In this document: positions 13,329 through 24,899 of the stretch, one piece after another
How the letters are laid out: each line of letters opens with the position of its first letter
Numbering within the stretch: the first letter of the stretch is position 1
NCBI GenBank assembly: GCA_002633005.1
Contig: NMRA01000167.1
Location: forward strand, 612,460 to 676,459
Reading direction: 5' to 3'
Source: Phoronis australis
Lineage: Eukaryota; Animalia; Phoronida
Length of the DNA stretch: 64,000 nucleotides
Notes under the pieces: model-generated
The model's database searches: none
What the model saw: the letters and a program-made list of their open reading frames with translations, nothing else
What the model was told of the DNA's origin: nothing
Position numbers and translations under genes: made by a program

Positions 13329-13402
13329 TTGATCGAGATGCAACGTCCACGGGCTTATTCCGATTAACAAGATGAAAAGTCTTTGAAACGTGCAGTCGTA
13401 GT

Positions 13403-13434
13403 GCGACTGTTCATTCGCCGTGATGCGTTTTATA
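13403..13434 (-). promoter_or_regulatory. TATA box + Inr-like CAGT for PAN exon copy A
   Basis: TATAAAA on - at 13428-13434, CAGT ~25 bp downstream, ~100 bp before the ATG; conserved in copy B. Confidence 0.5.
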
Positions 13435-15427
13435 AACTGCATTTTTTTCCGCAAGAACGCAAAAACGATTGAAAAAAGCAACCGATATCGGTCGGTGTTT
13501 CTCCAACCAATCAGTAGCAAAGTGTCCACCTCGTGACTGACGTAGCCCAACCCGTCTCCTGTGACGGGTTTAGTTATCGTCATCGAAAAACAATGAACGA
13601 TAAGTGAAACAAGTCGTACTGTCTCGTTGCCCAGTTCATGACGATCGTTGATTTATCTATGCTTTTTTCACATTTTTAAACTCTAGAACGTTTCGAATGA
13701 GAATACGCAGAAAATGTGCAGCAGCAGTGCAATATGAACCAAGATTTAAGCAAAATGATGTAAAACGAATGGACAGCAAATGTCGTCGAATATGGTTTGC
13801 CAAACTTGAAATACGCGATAGAATGTCTTAGTTTTGTAACGAAAGCATTCACCAGGACACAGTGAGGGCGATGTATGCGAATTGGTCCCGTAAGGCACGC
13901 GCACACTCCATCACTACTGGTTTAATAGTACAAACTTGATGATTTTGATAAAAAAATGGTTACGCGCATAAAAACTCAGCACGTACATGTATTACTGTTT
14001 TGTCGTTTTACCAATCTGTCTCGTACTTTGAACCTGCGCATATAAATCAGTTGTGAATTTACTTCTGCCTCAAGCTTAGAATTGTCTTACACAATGCTTT
14101 TGTTGACCCTAATCGGAAATTAACTATTTGGCTTTATTGGAAGGACAAAAGTCATTAAGTTTCTTTTACCATGAAGTATTTTCTACACTCAAACAAAAAT
14201 CTGTCAAGAAGTTGTTGACTTTTAGGCCTGTAGAGCTGAGATCAACCGAGTTTGTAACCGTTACCCCGCCGTCTCTGCAATGCGAAGAAGTCTTTGAACG
14301 TACATAACAGAGCAGTTAATGTTAGAAAGTTATACGTCTGGTAACGGTAATAGAAATATTTACAGTGTTTTGAGATTCATTCTTGAACATTGTGATCAAA
14401 GAAAACTTGCCATTAGTTTGTTTAACGATGCTGGTGTTTTGCTGTGCAAGTGTGTTTGTTTGTTCTCTGAATTTACCTGAAGACGTGACTGCAGGTACAT
14501 GCATGTCGGAATAAATTTAAAAATCTAAAGCCTTTATTCTTTCAGAAAATATAATTTGACAAATTTTCTTTATGAATTTGACGAGTTTCGGATGGACGGA
14601 CATAACCTTCTCAGAAAGCAAAGATGTTTTTCATGCGTGATGTGATATTTTGAAAAGATGTTTTTCTAATTTATTGCCGATTATTTAAGTGTTAAAACAC
14701 CTACATGAAATTTTCTTTCTAAGGCATCTTTGTCGTTATTGAAAAATAATTTGAACGTGTTAATAATGCGCAATTACTGCATTGTAAATGACATCTATTT
14801 AAATCAGTATTGAACCCAATTACAAAACAGTTTTCTGGTGTCAAAAATTAATTTTCTTCTTATGTGTATTTGCTCTAGTAAATCAAATTCATAGGGTTGT
14901 CAATACTTGTTTGAACTGTAAATTGGTTAGGCCTCCTGGACTTCTCGTGACGCCTGCATCACCATGGCAACTGAAATTGACCTACATGTACCTCGACAAG
15001 CAAAAATGATATGCTCGTTCTACCTAAACCAATTACGACCAGACAGGTCGTCACAAAGACCCTCGACAGCTTTTCAAATCCAAGTGGAGGACAAGAAAAA
15101 AAAAAACGATTTTCTGACGACACGAGCCTGAAAGCGAACTTCAAGTTTTTTCTTAGAATATTCGTTGCTTTGTTGTCTCTTGGTAGGAAAATCCAACGCT
15201 CTTAAATTAAAATGCAACTCACACGGTCACAACAAAAGACTACGCGGGTGGATTCAAATCCTAATCATTTTCGAGTAATTTACGCGTATTTTTACTATTC
15301 GCAGGCCTCAAATTCAGCCAATACAGGACACAGGTGACAAGCGTAGCAAAAGTGCAACATTTTTTGCTTATTAAAAAACCACTCAAAACGTAGAACAGCA
15401 CCTTGTAGAGCGTAGATGACTCGGTCT

Positions 15428-17992
15428 ATTCTTTATTATAATTTTTTAAAGTGATATATATTTATTGAAGAATACACAGAACATACCAAGAAATAATAAC
15501 AAATCCAGAAACCGCGAAGCATTATATCTGGGTTGTAAACAATTCATAAATGAAACTAATATACATATAGGTATATACAATTAAGTAGTGTCTAATATAA
15601 GTATTCCAATACTTAGATATGCTATTTAAAATATATAAAAACCAAAATATGTACAGATTCATGTATGGAAATCAGATGCAACAACATTGATAAACGGTAC
15701 ATAAAAATTTACTAACGTTGCTTAGGAGGAATTCGTTGAGAACGAGGTCAAAGTTAGGACTACCATTCAATAATAATGTAACTCTTGTAAGGATATTATT
15801 GCAAGAATTGAGAGCTTTTAACAATTGATTGGTTGTCATTGAGTGCACGAAAGAGTGAGTCTCTCAGGTATTCGATGAGGGGACATTTGAAGAAAATATG
15901 AGGATAAGATTGATGGTCACCACATTTACAGTTTGGAGAGACATTACTAAAGTTGTGCCTGAACTTGTCAGAGTTGGGGAAAAGGCCATAACTTGATCTG
16001 TACAATGCTACTTCGTTATCGCGGGGAAGGGAGAATTGATTCAAGGGTGTTGAGTTATCAAAATTATGAAGAACAGTTCTAAAATTATTTTTTATACTCG
16101 TAAAAGATTTGCTTTCCTTAACAGAGACTGGAAGAAAATTCCAGTTGTTGATGCACATCATGACTGTAGACCTTCTGAATGCCTGCCTGAACGACGGCAT
16201 ATGGGATGGAGGATCTTAAATCACTACGATGGCCTTGTCTAGTCTATAGATCAAATATTTTTTGACAGAAACGTTGTTGACATTGTTTATTACCTTGAAA
16301 GTAAATGTGGTCATGTGAAGATTGCGTCGAGTAGACAGTTTGGGCCACCTGAGACTATTCAAAACATTAACACTATTGGTTTCCCTGTAAGCTCCGGTTA
16401 TGAGTAAGGCAGCTTGATATTGTAACTTCTCCAAATGTTGGAGTGCACCCGTATTGGCAAACTGATCTATAATATCACAATAATCAATGTGTAGAAGTAT
16501 AAAGGATTTGAACAAAACTTCTAAATGTGTAGAATTCAGATGACGAGAGATAATCTTAAGTGGGTTAATCAGTTCCTGAGTTTTTTTTTACGAGCTCCCG
16601 AACGTGAGGAGTGAATGAGAGTTCTTCATCTGACAGTATACCCAGATGTCTGTGCGACTGTTTTCTAGGAATGATTTTATCATTAAGTTTAAGGTCATAA
16701 AACGGGTCAACAAGGAAGAGAGCATTAATAGATTTGGAGAAGGTGAGGCCAACGCTTTTTTCTGGTTTAAAATTCATTCTCCATTCTTGTGACCAATACA
16801 GTAGCTGAGTTTATTTAAGTCGTGTTGAAGCTGCAAAGAACATTCAGGGCTGCTCCCTGCGAAGGGGTAAAAAAAGCGCCGTGTCATCTGCATAAAGGTA
16901 TGTGCTACATGACAGGTTATCAGGAAGGTCATTAATATAAACCAAGTAGAGAAGAGGGTCCAGTACGCTACCCTGCGGTACACCTGCGTTTACAAATCCA
17001 AGAGGGGATAAAGTTGAAAGTACGCCGTCGACACGAACACTGTACATGTATGTTCTTTCGGCGAGATATGAGGTGATCATGTTTAAAAGATTACCAGTAA
17101 TGCCATAGGATCGAAGTTTGTGAAGTAGAAGGTGGTGAGGGACACAGTCGAAAGCAGAAGCTATATCTAGAAAAATGGACCGGACACTCTCGCCCTTCTC
17201 AAAATGTAAATGAATCTCATGTACTATTTCAACAAGTTGTGCCACGGTGCTGTTCCCACGCAAAAAACCAAATTGACGATGATAGATCAAGTTGTTTTGT
17301 TTGTGAAATATAAGAATACTTTGAGCAATGATCTTCTCGAAGATTTTAGACAGGTTGTTAAGTAAAGTTATTGGGCGATAATTTGAAATTTCAGTTTTGG
17401 AGCCTTTTTTGTGTATAGGGACCATAATTCCATGTTTCCAAGAAGACGGACATATACCAAGCTGAAGAATTTTGTTAAACAGATTGGTCAGGGGCATGGT
17501 AATTTTGTTGGCAATCATTTTGAACATCTTACTGGTTATTAAAGCTGTGCCATCATTCTTATTGGGGTCAATTTCATTGAGATACTTCAGGACATCAGTT
17601 TGATTAGCCGGCGGGGATGTCATACAGTGGATTGAGACGACGTTCACGAAGAAAGGGAAAGTTACCTACTTCAGCTGGTGTAATGTGGCTCTTGTTAGTG
17701 AAAATTTTGAGAAACAAATCACACTTGTCACTACTACTTGAGGCTAGGTTACCATTATGGTTGATGACAGGATAAGAGGAATGTTGTTGACTGCCGCGTA
17801 TTTTATTGATGATGTTCCAGTATTCTGTGGAGTTCTTGCTTGCGCTGTTAATTTTTTGAAAAAGCTTGTGGCGGTGATCAGCTTTGGCTTGATTTACTAT
17901 AGTTTCAACCAGACATGACTGTCCTTGTATCTGTTGTAGATTATAGTGTTGTTAGATCTTCTGAAAGAGCTGTAAAGTTTGTTTCTTTTGCC
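15428..17992 (-). mobile_element. 5'-truncated CR1/L2-type LINE (RT + C-terminal CCHC) with frameshifts
   Basis: NYRPITLL, IFLDIASAFDCVPH, GVPQGSVL, YADD, CKCG....HIFFKC; absent from the equivalent site in copy A (~12623-12640). Confidence 0.92.
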
Positions 17993-18539
17993 GCCAGAGA
18001 AATAGCACCAAGTAACTTAGAAACGAAGTTTGTCCCCAAACAGCAAGAGCAAAGAGTATTCAGCTCAACGTAATAACTGCTATCTACTTTTATTTCATTG
18101 GGTGATGGCAACACATTTATAATCTCACTGTCCTCGTTTACTGCGTTGGTGTTTGTTCTTTCGAAGTGAGCAGCTTTGGGATACGATAGCCATCAGGCTA
18201 GTCAACTTACGTGATTTTCCAAATAAGGATGTCAATACAGTCGAGAACTTGATTTTACATCCGACTTGTACGAAGCCGGCTGGGCTCTGGAGGTTGACAT
18301 GAGGCTAACAAAAATAAAGTGTGTGCTAAAGCCTATTTACCTTCATGTTTTAACGATCGAGAAAACTTGAGAAAAACCTTCCTTTGAAAATGGCGCATTT
18401 TGAAAGACTGGCGCATGAACTAGCCAAAGTCGCACATGATATGATAACTGAAATGTGCCGAGTCGTTTATTATTGAAAACTCCTTGTGTCGTTGACGCAA
18501 AATTGAAAGATGCCAGCAACAAAGTACAAAAATACTCAC

Positions 18540-18882
18540 ATGGACCTGTACAACTTGCGTTGTTAGACTCCAATTTGTAGTACTTCCAGCCGTTTGCAGT
18601 CACCAACGTCTCTGTCGAACAGTCCTTAATACAGTATTTGTGGCAGGGTTTCTCGCATTCGTTAAATGCAAAGGCATCGCACGATTCGTCACCAGAACAC
18701 TCGGCAGCATATATTAACAAGCTGTGGATAGGGTTTGGAACAAGAGTGGTGTTCGAGCAGTTCATGCGCTTGTTTTTGGCTCCGTTGCCGTAATACACCC
18801 CGTTGTTCTGCCCCTCGATGAGGGCGAAAGACAATATTTCAAACATAAAAAAGGTTACAATTAAGATATTAAACAGAGACAT
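18540..18882 (-). CDS. Signal peptide + PAN/apple-domain exon (copy B); alternative first exon or pseudo-exon
   Basis: Open paralogue of the copy A exon; donor CCAT|GTGAGT, phase 1; first PAN Cys changed to Tyr (LLIYAAEC). Confidence 0.65.
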
Positions 18883-18959
18883 TTGGTCGAGATGCATCGT
18901 CATAGGGCTCGTTCAGGTTAACAAAATGAAATGTCGTCGTTCATTGTTGCAGTTGTAAT

Positions 18960-18991
18960 GCGACTGGTCATACCCCGTGAAGCGTTTTATA
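18960..18991 (-). promoter_or_regulatory. TATA box + Inr-like CAGT for PAN exon copy B
   Basis: TATAAAA on - at 18985-18991, same position relative to the exon as in copy A. Confidence 0.45.
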
Positions 18992-19978
18992 AACCGCGAC
19001 CGTTTTCGCAATAACACAAAAACGGTTGAAAACCTCAACTGATATCGATCGGTATTTTTGTTCAGCCGCCACAGCACGCACGTGCGTGTAGTTTCCGAGT
19101 GATAACCGAACACAAATTTCGAAATGGCAAAACTAGGAAAATGCACTTGCAATTACATATAAAAAAGAGCATGTCGACACTAGTAGTCAACACATGCTTT
19201 CGATTCATTCTAGCTTCTACATATTTTGCTGCAAATTAATATTTCTTTTGTGGACTGCCCTTCCCCATCGTTTAATGCCTTTGCCAATGGCCCCGAACGT
19301 TGCATTCTAAACTATGAACATGTAATTAGTCCGAGAAGCATTCAATCCCATGTCACATATTTCAATATCTTATAACGTAGAGTATCTCTAGTATACATCA
19401 TAATATAGACGGGAATATTGCGTTCTCCATAACAAAGTAACACCGGATGCGTCGTAAGTCTGGCGAGACTCGCAATTTTGCAAGTACATGTACCACGTGA
19501 CGCGCATGACTACCTGAGTTTCGCAATCTCGTCGCTAGACGAACATTATTACATGCTTCGATCGAAGGTCATCCAGAAAGCTGTAAATGTGAAAACAAAA
19601 AAAAAATTGCAAATTGGTGATCTTTGCACAAACCACGTACATGTACCTTGGGGGCTCACATCATGGACTGCTATTCCCCAACACTAAGTCACGATACTCA
19701 TTGGGCACGGTTGAGTGATTTAGGTCGGATTATTTTCGACACAAAACAAGTTCTTAAAAACAGTTGGCAATTTTCAAAGCAATTCATATCGTCGCTACAT
19801 GTTTTTCTAGCTAATTTGGCCAAGCGCCTACAGAGATAAGGAATTCAACGCTTCACACCATGGTCATAAATGCTTGAATTCGGTTACCAAAAAGTTTGGT
19901 ATAGTACAGTATTTTAAATACAACTTGCTTTTGACAAAGAAATAAACGCGAAAATTAAAAAAATGAAAATTCTGTGTA

Positions 19979-21356
19979 ACGTCATCAGTGGATCCGGTCA
20001 CCGCCCTGGTGTTGTTCTACATCAGCCGTGATCCGAAATCGTCTCAAAAGCTGAGTTCGATTATTGCAAAAAGGTACGTGTACGGAGGATGCAATAATAG
20101 CAATCGTACAGACAAAATGTCTGTCTTTGCGTTTCTAATAGAACCCAATGGCGCAGGTTCGTGCGTCGGACACGGGTATGGCAGTCAGTTCAGGAGAAGA
20201 ATCGTGTTTCGACCCGTCACAGAAACGGAGATTTGATAAAGGTTTCTCCAACCTGTAATCGTATTTGATGGAGAAAAAATGTATTGTGTTGCGCCATTGC
20301 TGGAAACGTAGTTGTCAGCACATACATGTATTAAGTATGAGACTAAGCATAAAATTGCGACTGAGGAAATGAATAGGGTTGCAATAAATTTCCGCAAAGT
20401 CAACTCCCGCTCAAAATTTTTTGGAAATGCATGCTATCCACATAGACGTCAATGCGTAATGGTAGACAGTAAGATGTAGATGTCACGCAAATAGTTTGAG
20501 ATCACGGCTGCAGCCGGTACAGAGGTTGGAGTTGGGTACTGGGCAGCCGGAATAATCGACGAATCACAACGGTACAATGCTTCGGAATCCATAATTTTGG
20601 AACGGAAAAAACTGGTCAGAAACGAGTGCCATTTACCAAGAATAAAATCCAGTTAGCATCACTGTAATTAGATATGATCGTTCCTGACAAACGCACTCGG
20701 CATTCGATGAAATGAAATCAGTATCCGCTATTTGCGAGGGGGGCTTTGACTGTCAAGGTAAAAACTTCGGTTAAATTTATAGTCCGAGAAACATATACAC
20801 TGTATTACCGACACTGAAATGGTTAGAAAATTAAAGCGTTATTCAATAAAAATCTTTAATTACGACTCTGAAACCAGAACTGTCTGCAGATTGAGGAGGC
20901 TTTGACTCGGCTTCACTGGCGGAAGACGCCGGTACGAGAGGCCGGGTCGAATTTGTAGAGCCTGAAACACGCAAAGTCTGCCAATATGGCGAGGTCTAAC
21001 TCATTACCTGTTTTACCTATGTTCTGAGTGTCGTCTTCACCCCCATCTCCATCACCTGTCTTCATAATACTCGTCAAGCTCGCTCTCTAAGTCTTCGTAG
21101 CTTACAAAATTACTACTATCCGCCGCTGTACATAATTATATCGTCAACTGATCAACGTCTTCCACTGATGACGTCAAGTGGTGGGAAACCAAATTGATTA
21201 TTGACTTTTCTTTAACATTCAAAAGTCCTCAATTACTTTTCAAAATAAGCGCTTGTTTAGTTAGGTTTTGTGAAAAAAATTATTACACACGGTTCAACAC
21301 CGCTAAAACTGCAAAAATATACTGTGGGGAAGCTTTATGCGCAAGTTCCACTTTAA
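19979..21356 (+). mobile_element. Decayed DNA transposon with THAP remnant (Kolobok-like)
   Basis: AKRYVYGGCNNSNRTDKMSVFAF, RRFVRRTR and EESCFDP across frames (~20066-20216); perfect 14-bp inverted repeat 19979-19992/21161-21174; right end GTTCCACT-TTAA. Confidence 0.45.
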
Positions 21357-22949
21357 AAATACATATGCACAAATTTTGGACAACTGCAATGGAACAAATA
21401 ATTACGCAATCAATATTTAGTCAGGCATTTTGACTATCACCTGTAGGCTAATACTGATGTGAACGAACTACATCAAGTGGATCATTGTAAGGTGTGTAAA
21501 TGCAAAACAACTTTTAATTTTCCACAGGCATTCAATTTTAATCGTCTCTAAAACGGGCGTAAAAGATTTTAGTGAAATTACCCGAATGTGTCTCGTTGTT
21601 CATCTCATAAACATCGCCAGCAGACGTTTTTGTCTTTTGAATACTAGGGTTTAGTATTTTCAATTTAAACCAATCTGTGTTTTAGTTTCTTAAAAGTTCG
21701 AAAGAACGCCCCGGGTGAGTGTGTTTGATTTTCTGAAAACCGCTATGGAAATAAGGGTGTTCCTTCAGAAGGAGGTTACTTAGCTGTGACAATGATGTTC
21801 CATCAACGTCAAGGAAAAACTTATCACACGTTGAAACAAATGGTAGTTTGAATATTGCATCTTCATCGTCGCAAGGAAAGTTTCATTTCAGTCTAAAAAT
21901 TCAAATTATTGGGTAACAATGCACGATTGAAGGTAAAGTTTGACTTGTTGAGGAGATTTTTCAAAGTCACAGAAACTTTCTAAAATCCAGTTCATCATGA
22001 GAAAAGTTTTTTTCTGAGCAGACTTATTTGACCGATGTTACATTTACCTACTCTTCTAAATGGCTTTCCCTGCTGTGCTGTGAAATTCGACACCTCAACC
22101 ACTGCGTACTATTTTCCTACGTAACAAACACTGTTTATGCCGTCTTGGCTTTTCACTAACATTAACTCCTAGTAACCCGCAGCCGGTTAAATAGTGCAGA
22201 AGCAAAACCACATTTTCTAAATGACTGGAGAGCAAATAGTCATGTTTTGAATCATAAATGCAAAAGACAAATCACATTCGAAAACATCTGTTAGTTATTA
22301 TAAAGTCATGTTTTCAAACAATTGGCTAATACGTGAAACAACGGGTAAATAACATGGTCAATTTTAAAATTTCAAACACGTACACGTATCATCTTTTCAC
22401 AAAGAGTTCAATTTTGGTGAAAAAGTCCTTAAATTTGTGCTAAGACAAAAAGCCTTTTTCAGGCAGGCTAATGCGTGTGTATCACATGACCATGAATTAC
22501 ATTCGACAGAGCAAGATCGCGATAAGCACCAGAGTTTGCTGAACCAATTCTTTGATCATGCCTGCAGTAAAAACGGTCAGACGACCAGCCCATTCTCAAG
22601 AAGGGACCGGTGCAAGTGTGCTCATAAAGTTCTTCTAATGAACATCCGCTCTCTCAGAAGCTAGTTGAAATTAAAAAATGTATCATCAAGTCTGTTTTCG
22701 ATACGCTCTTGCAGGGAACGATTTTTTTAAAATTCACAGCAGATGCGCATGCCAACTTGCTTCACTCGTCTGTGTTTAGTTTACCCCAGCACAGTTGTTC
22801 GTACTTCTCTTCCCGTCACTTTCAAAACATTGTATACAAAAGATCTACATCTAGAGTCAAACGAATAATCGATACGAATAAAAATTAACAACGACTGACA
22901 ACATCAGTATAAACAATCGGTTAGTCGGTCCTCGCAAATATCAACCATG

Positions 22950-24195
22950 ATATCCCGCGAAAAAAATGCAGTGCAATAAAGTACCCCTACAAGTATTCCG
23001 GGAATCCGATGCATAACTTTGGAGAAAGACAACTTCTATCACGCGCGGCTGGACTGGTGCCGCTCATGCGTGGGTTTGTATTCGTTGGATCCGGTGCTAC
23101 GTGTATTTCTTGCTACGGGCTTATGATGTAACCAAGGAGTGTAGAAGAACCCCACGTAGACCAAATGTTGAAAACCGTGATCCGTGAAAAATTACGGTTG
23201 CAATGCCACCACTAGGCCAACGTGTAAATGCATGGCACCGACTGTTACAACACTACTACACGGTGAAGCGATCATTTGTTTGGTCGAAGTGGCCATGGAC
23301 AATTACTGTATGCTGAGGTTCTCAAAGTCTTAGAAATCGTTAGTAATCCAAATAAACGGTCCTGTCTTCGCATAGCACATCCTTATGCTACTGTAGGCCT
23401 ACTCAGATGAGCTACTTCGCGAAGTTAATGATGCCCAAGATTACTTTCAAACCAAAGGCTTAAAGTCGTTAAAAATCGACACCCTAAAAATCTTCACCAA
23501 CATATGCTGTTCAAAATGCCAGTGGACTCTGAGGCCACTACGAATGTGGCATTGCAGTAGAGTAGCGCATTCCTATGAAAACGAAGATGGCAGGAGAGCA
23601 GTCGCCAGTCAGGGACTAACGTTGACGGACTAAAATATAAGGGGAATGTTAGAATGTTTGGACAGATTAGCATCTGAGCTCAATTCCACAGCAATGCTCA
23701 AATCGTAGATTTGTTCGAAATCCTCTTCACCACAAATTTGGTAAACTCGACCAAAGATTGCATCAGGCATCTGAGATGAACCTAGTTAATTATTTTACAT
23801 GACGAAATGTATGCATCTGACCCGGCATTTGAAATACGGATCTTGAGAAGGCACTTGGCGCCTAGAATTCAAGAAGACTTGCAGTGTCAAGAGGACTCCG
23901 CTGGACTTAATTAACTTCAGCTGAACTTGCGACGGGGTCGAACTTTGTTATAGCCTCATAAAGTTGTTTCTGGCAATTTTCTGTATCTGTGGCCTCTTTT
24001 TGAAGTTTTTGTAACATAAAGCTCATTGAAACGTATTTGAGATATAAGGGCCCCAAACACAGTTATCAGAGACAGGCCGTGAATGGCAATATACACATGT
24101 AGAAGTTCAGTTGACAGCGATCGAGTAGGCCTGAGACCTAAATTTTTGAACGATGTCATTGAAAAATTGTTGCCAGTGGGAAGGCAATGTGTGAA
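22950..24195 (+). mobile_element. Highly degenerate hAT transposase (C-terminal dimerisation region)
   Basis: RIPMKTKMAGEQS (23566), ECLDRLASELNS (23652), IKLFLAI/SVSVAS/IKLIETYLR (23958-24042), NDVIEK (24149); 5' boundary uncertain. Confidence 0.65.
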
Positions 24196-24282
24196 AGCGT
24201 GTCCAGCCTATTCACGAACTCTGAGTGGTGCGTGCAATTTGAATATCACTGCATAAAGACTCAGATCTTTAAACACGCCTAG

Positions 24283-24283
<1 letters not shown>

Positions 24284-24363
<80 letters not shown>
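24284..24363. repeat. (TA)n microsatellite
   Basis: About 40 perfect TA units. Confidence 0.98.
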
Positions 24364-24365
<2 letters not shown>

Positions 24366-24899
24366 CCTAGTTGGTGTCAGGCCTACGTCGGAAATCTTTC
24401 TGCAGATACGTCCAGCGCAATTAAAGGTCAAGAAAATTGCATGGTACGGTAGTAAAAACTGAAACTTTCCCCAGTTCCATAGGAAATGGACACCAAAACC
24501 GCGACTGAATTATATCTTAGCTATTTTAATAGCTACGAGTTAAAACTCCTACCCGGCTGTAGGGCACAAGATTTTGTTAAGTCTGCAATTCCATAGAGCA
24601 AAATGTGGCGGGACATTCCGGGAAATTTTCCAGGTCCATGACGGCGTTCTCCCGGCGTAAGGGTCCTTTACCACTGAGACGTAGAGGGTTGTGAGCATCT
24701 AGCCCCTTTCACTGGTATGACAATTCAGGCAGGCTAATTATCTCCCAGCAGGAAGAGATCTCTTCCTGCTACCAGGCTTATTACAGACCATGTGTGAAGA
24801 TCTTAGCCAAACCCAGACCGTTCGGAAAGAATCATTGTCGTAACTTCGGTTGTAGACTAGTAGGCCTAGGCCTAGTGGGCGCCTGGCGATTCAAAAATT

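Larger units (their letters stand above)
9983..13500. repeat. Tandem segmental duplication, copy A (intron + PAN exon + promoter)
   Basis: Blocks ~9983-10400, ~11660-12630, ~12640-12935 and ~12965-13495 align by eye with ~13853-14310, ~14505-15428, ~17993-18285 and ~18515-19052. Confidence 0.9.
13853..19052. repeat. Tandem segmental duplication, copy B (interrupted by a LINE; lacks TLDc exon)
   Basis: Homology to copy A starts at AGGACACAGTGAGGGCGA (13853 vs 9983), ~45 bp short of the TLDc acceptor. Confidence 0.9.

Noticed and set aside
12810-13583. Full 257-aa ORF as a single-exon gene
   Set aside because: The N-terminal extension spans the TATA box and precedes the signal-peptide Met; the C-terminal part lies past a consensus donor and is not conserved in frame in copy B
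15114-15140. CTGACGA...GAAA hammerhead-like spacing
   Set aside because: Intervening sequence cannot form stem II and GAAA is absent in the duplicate copy
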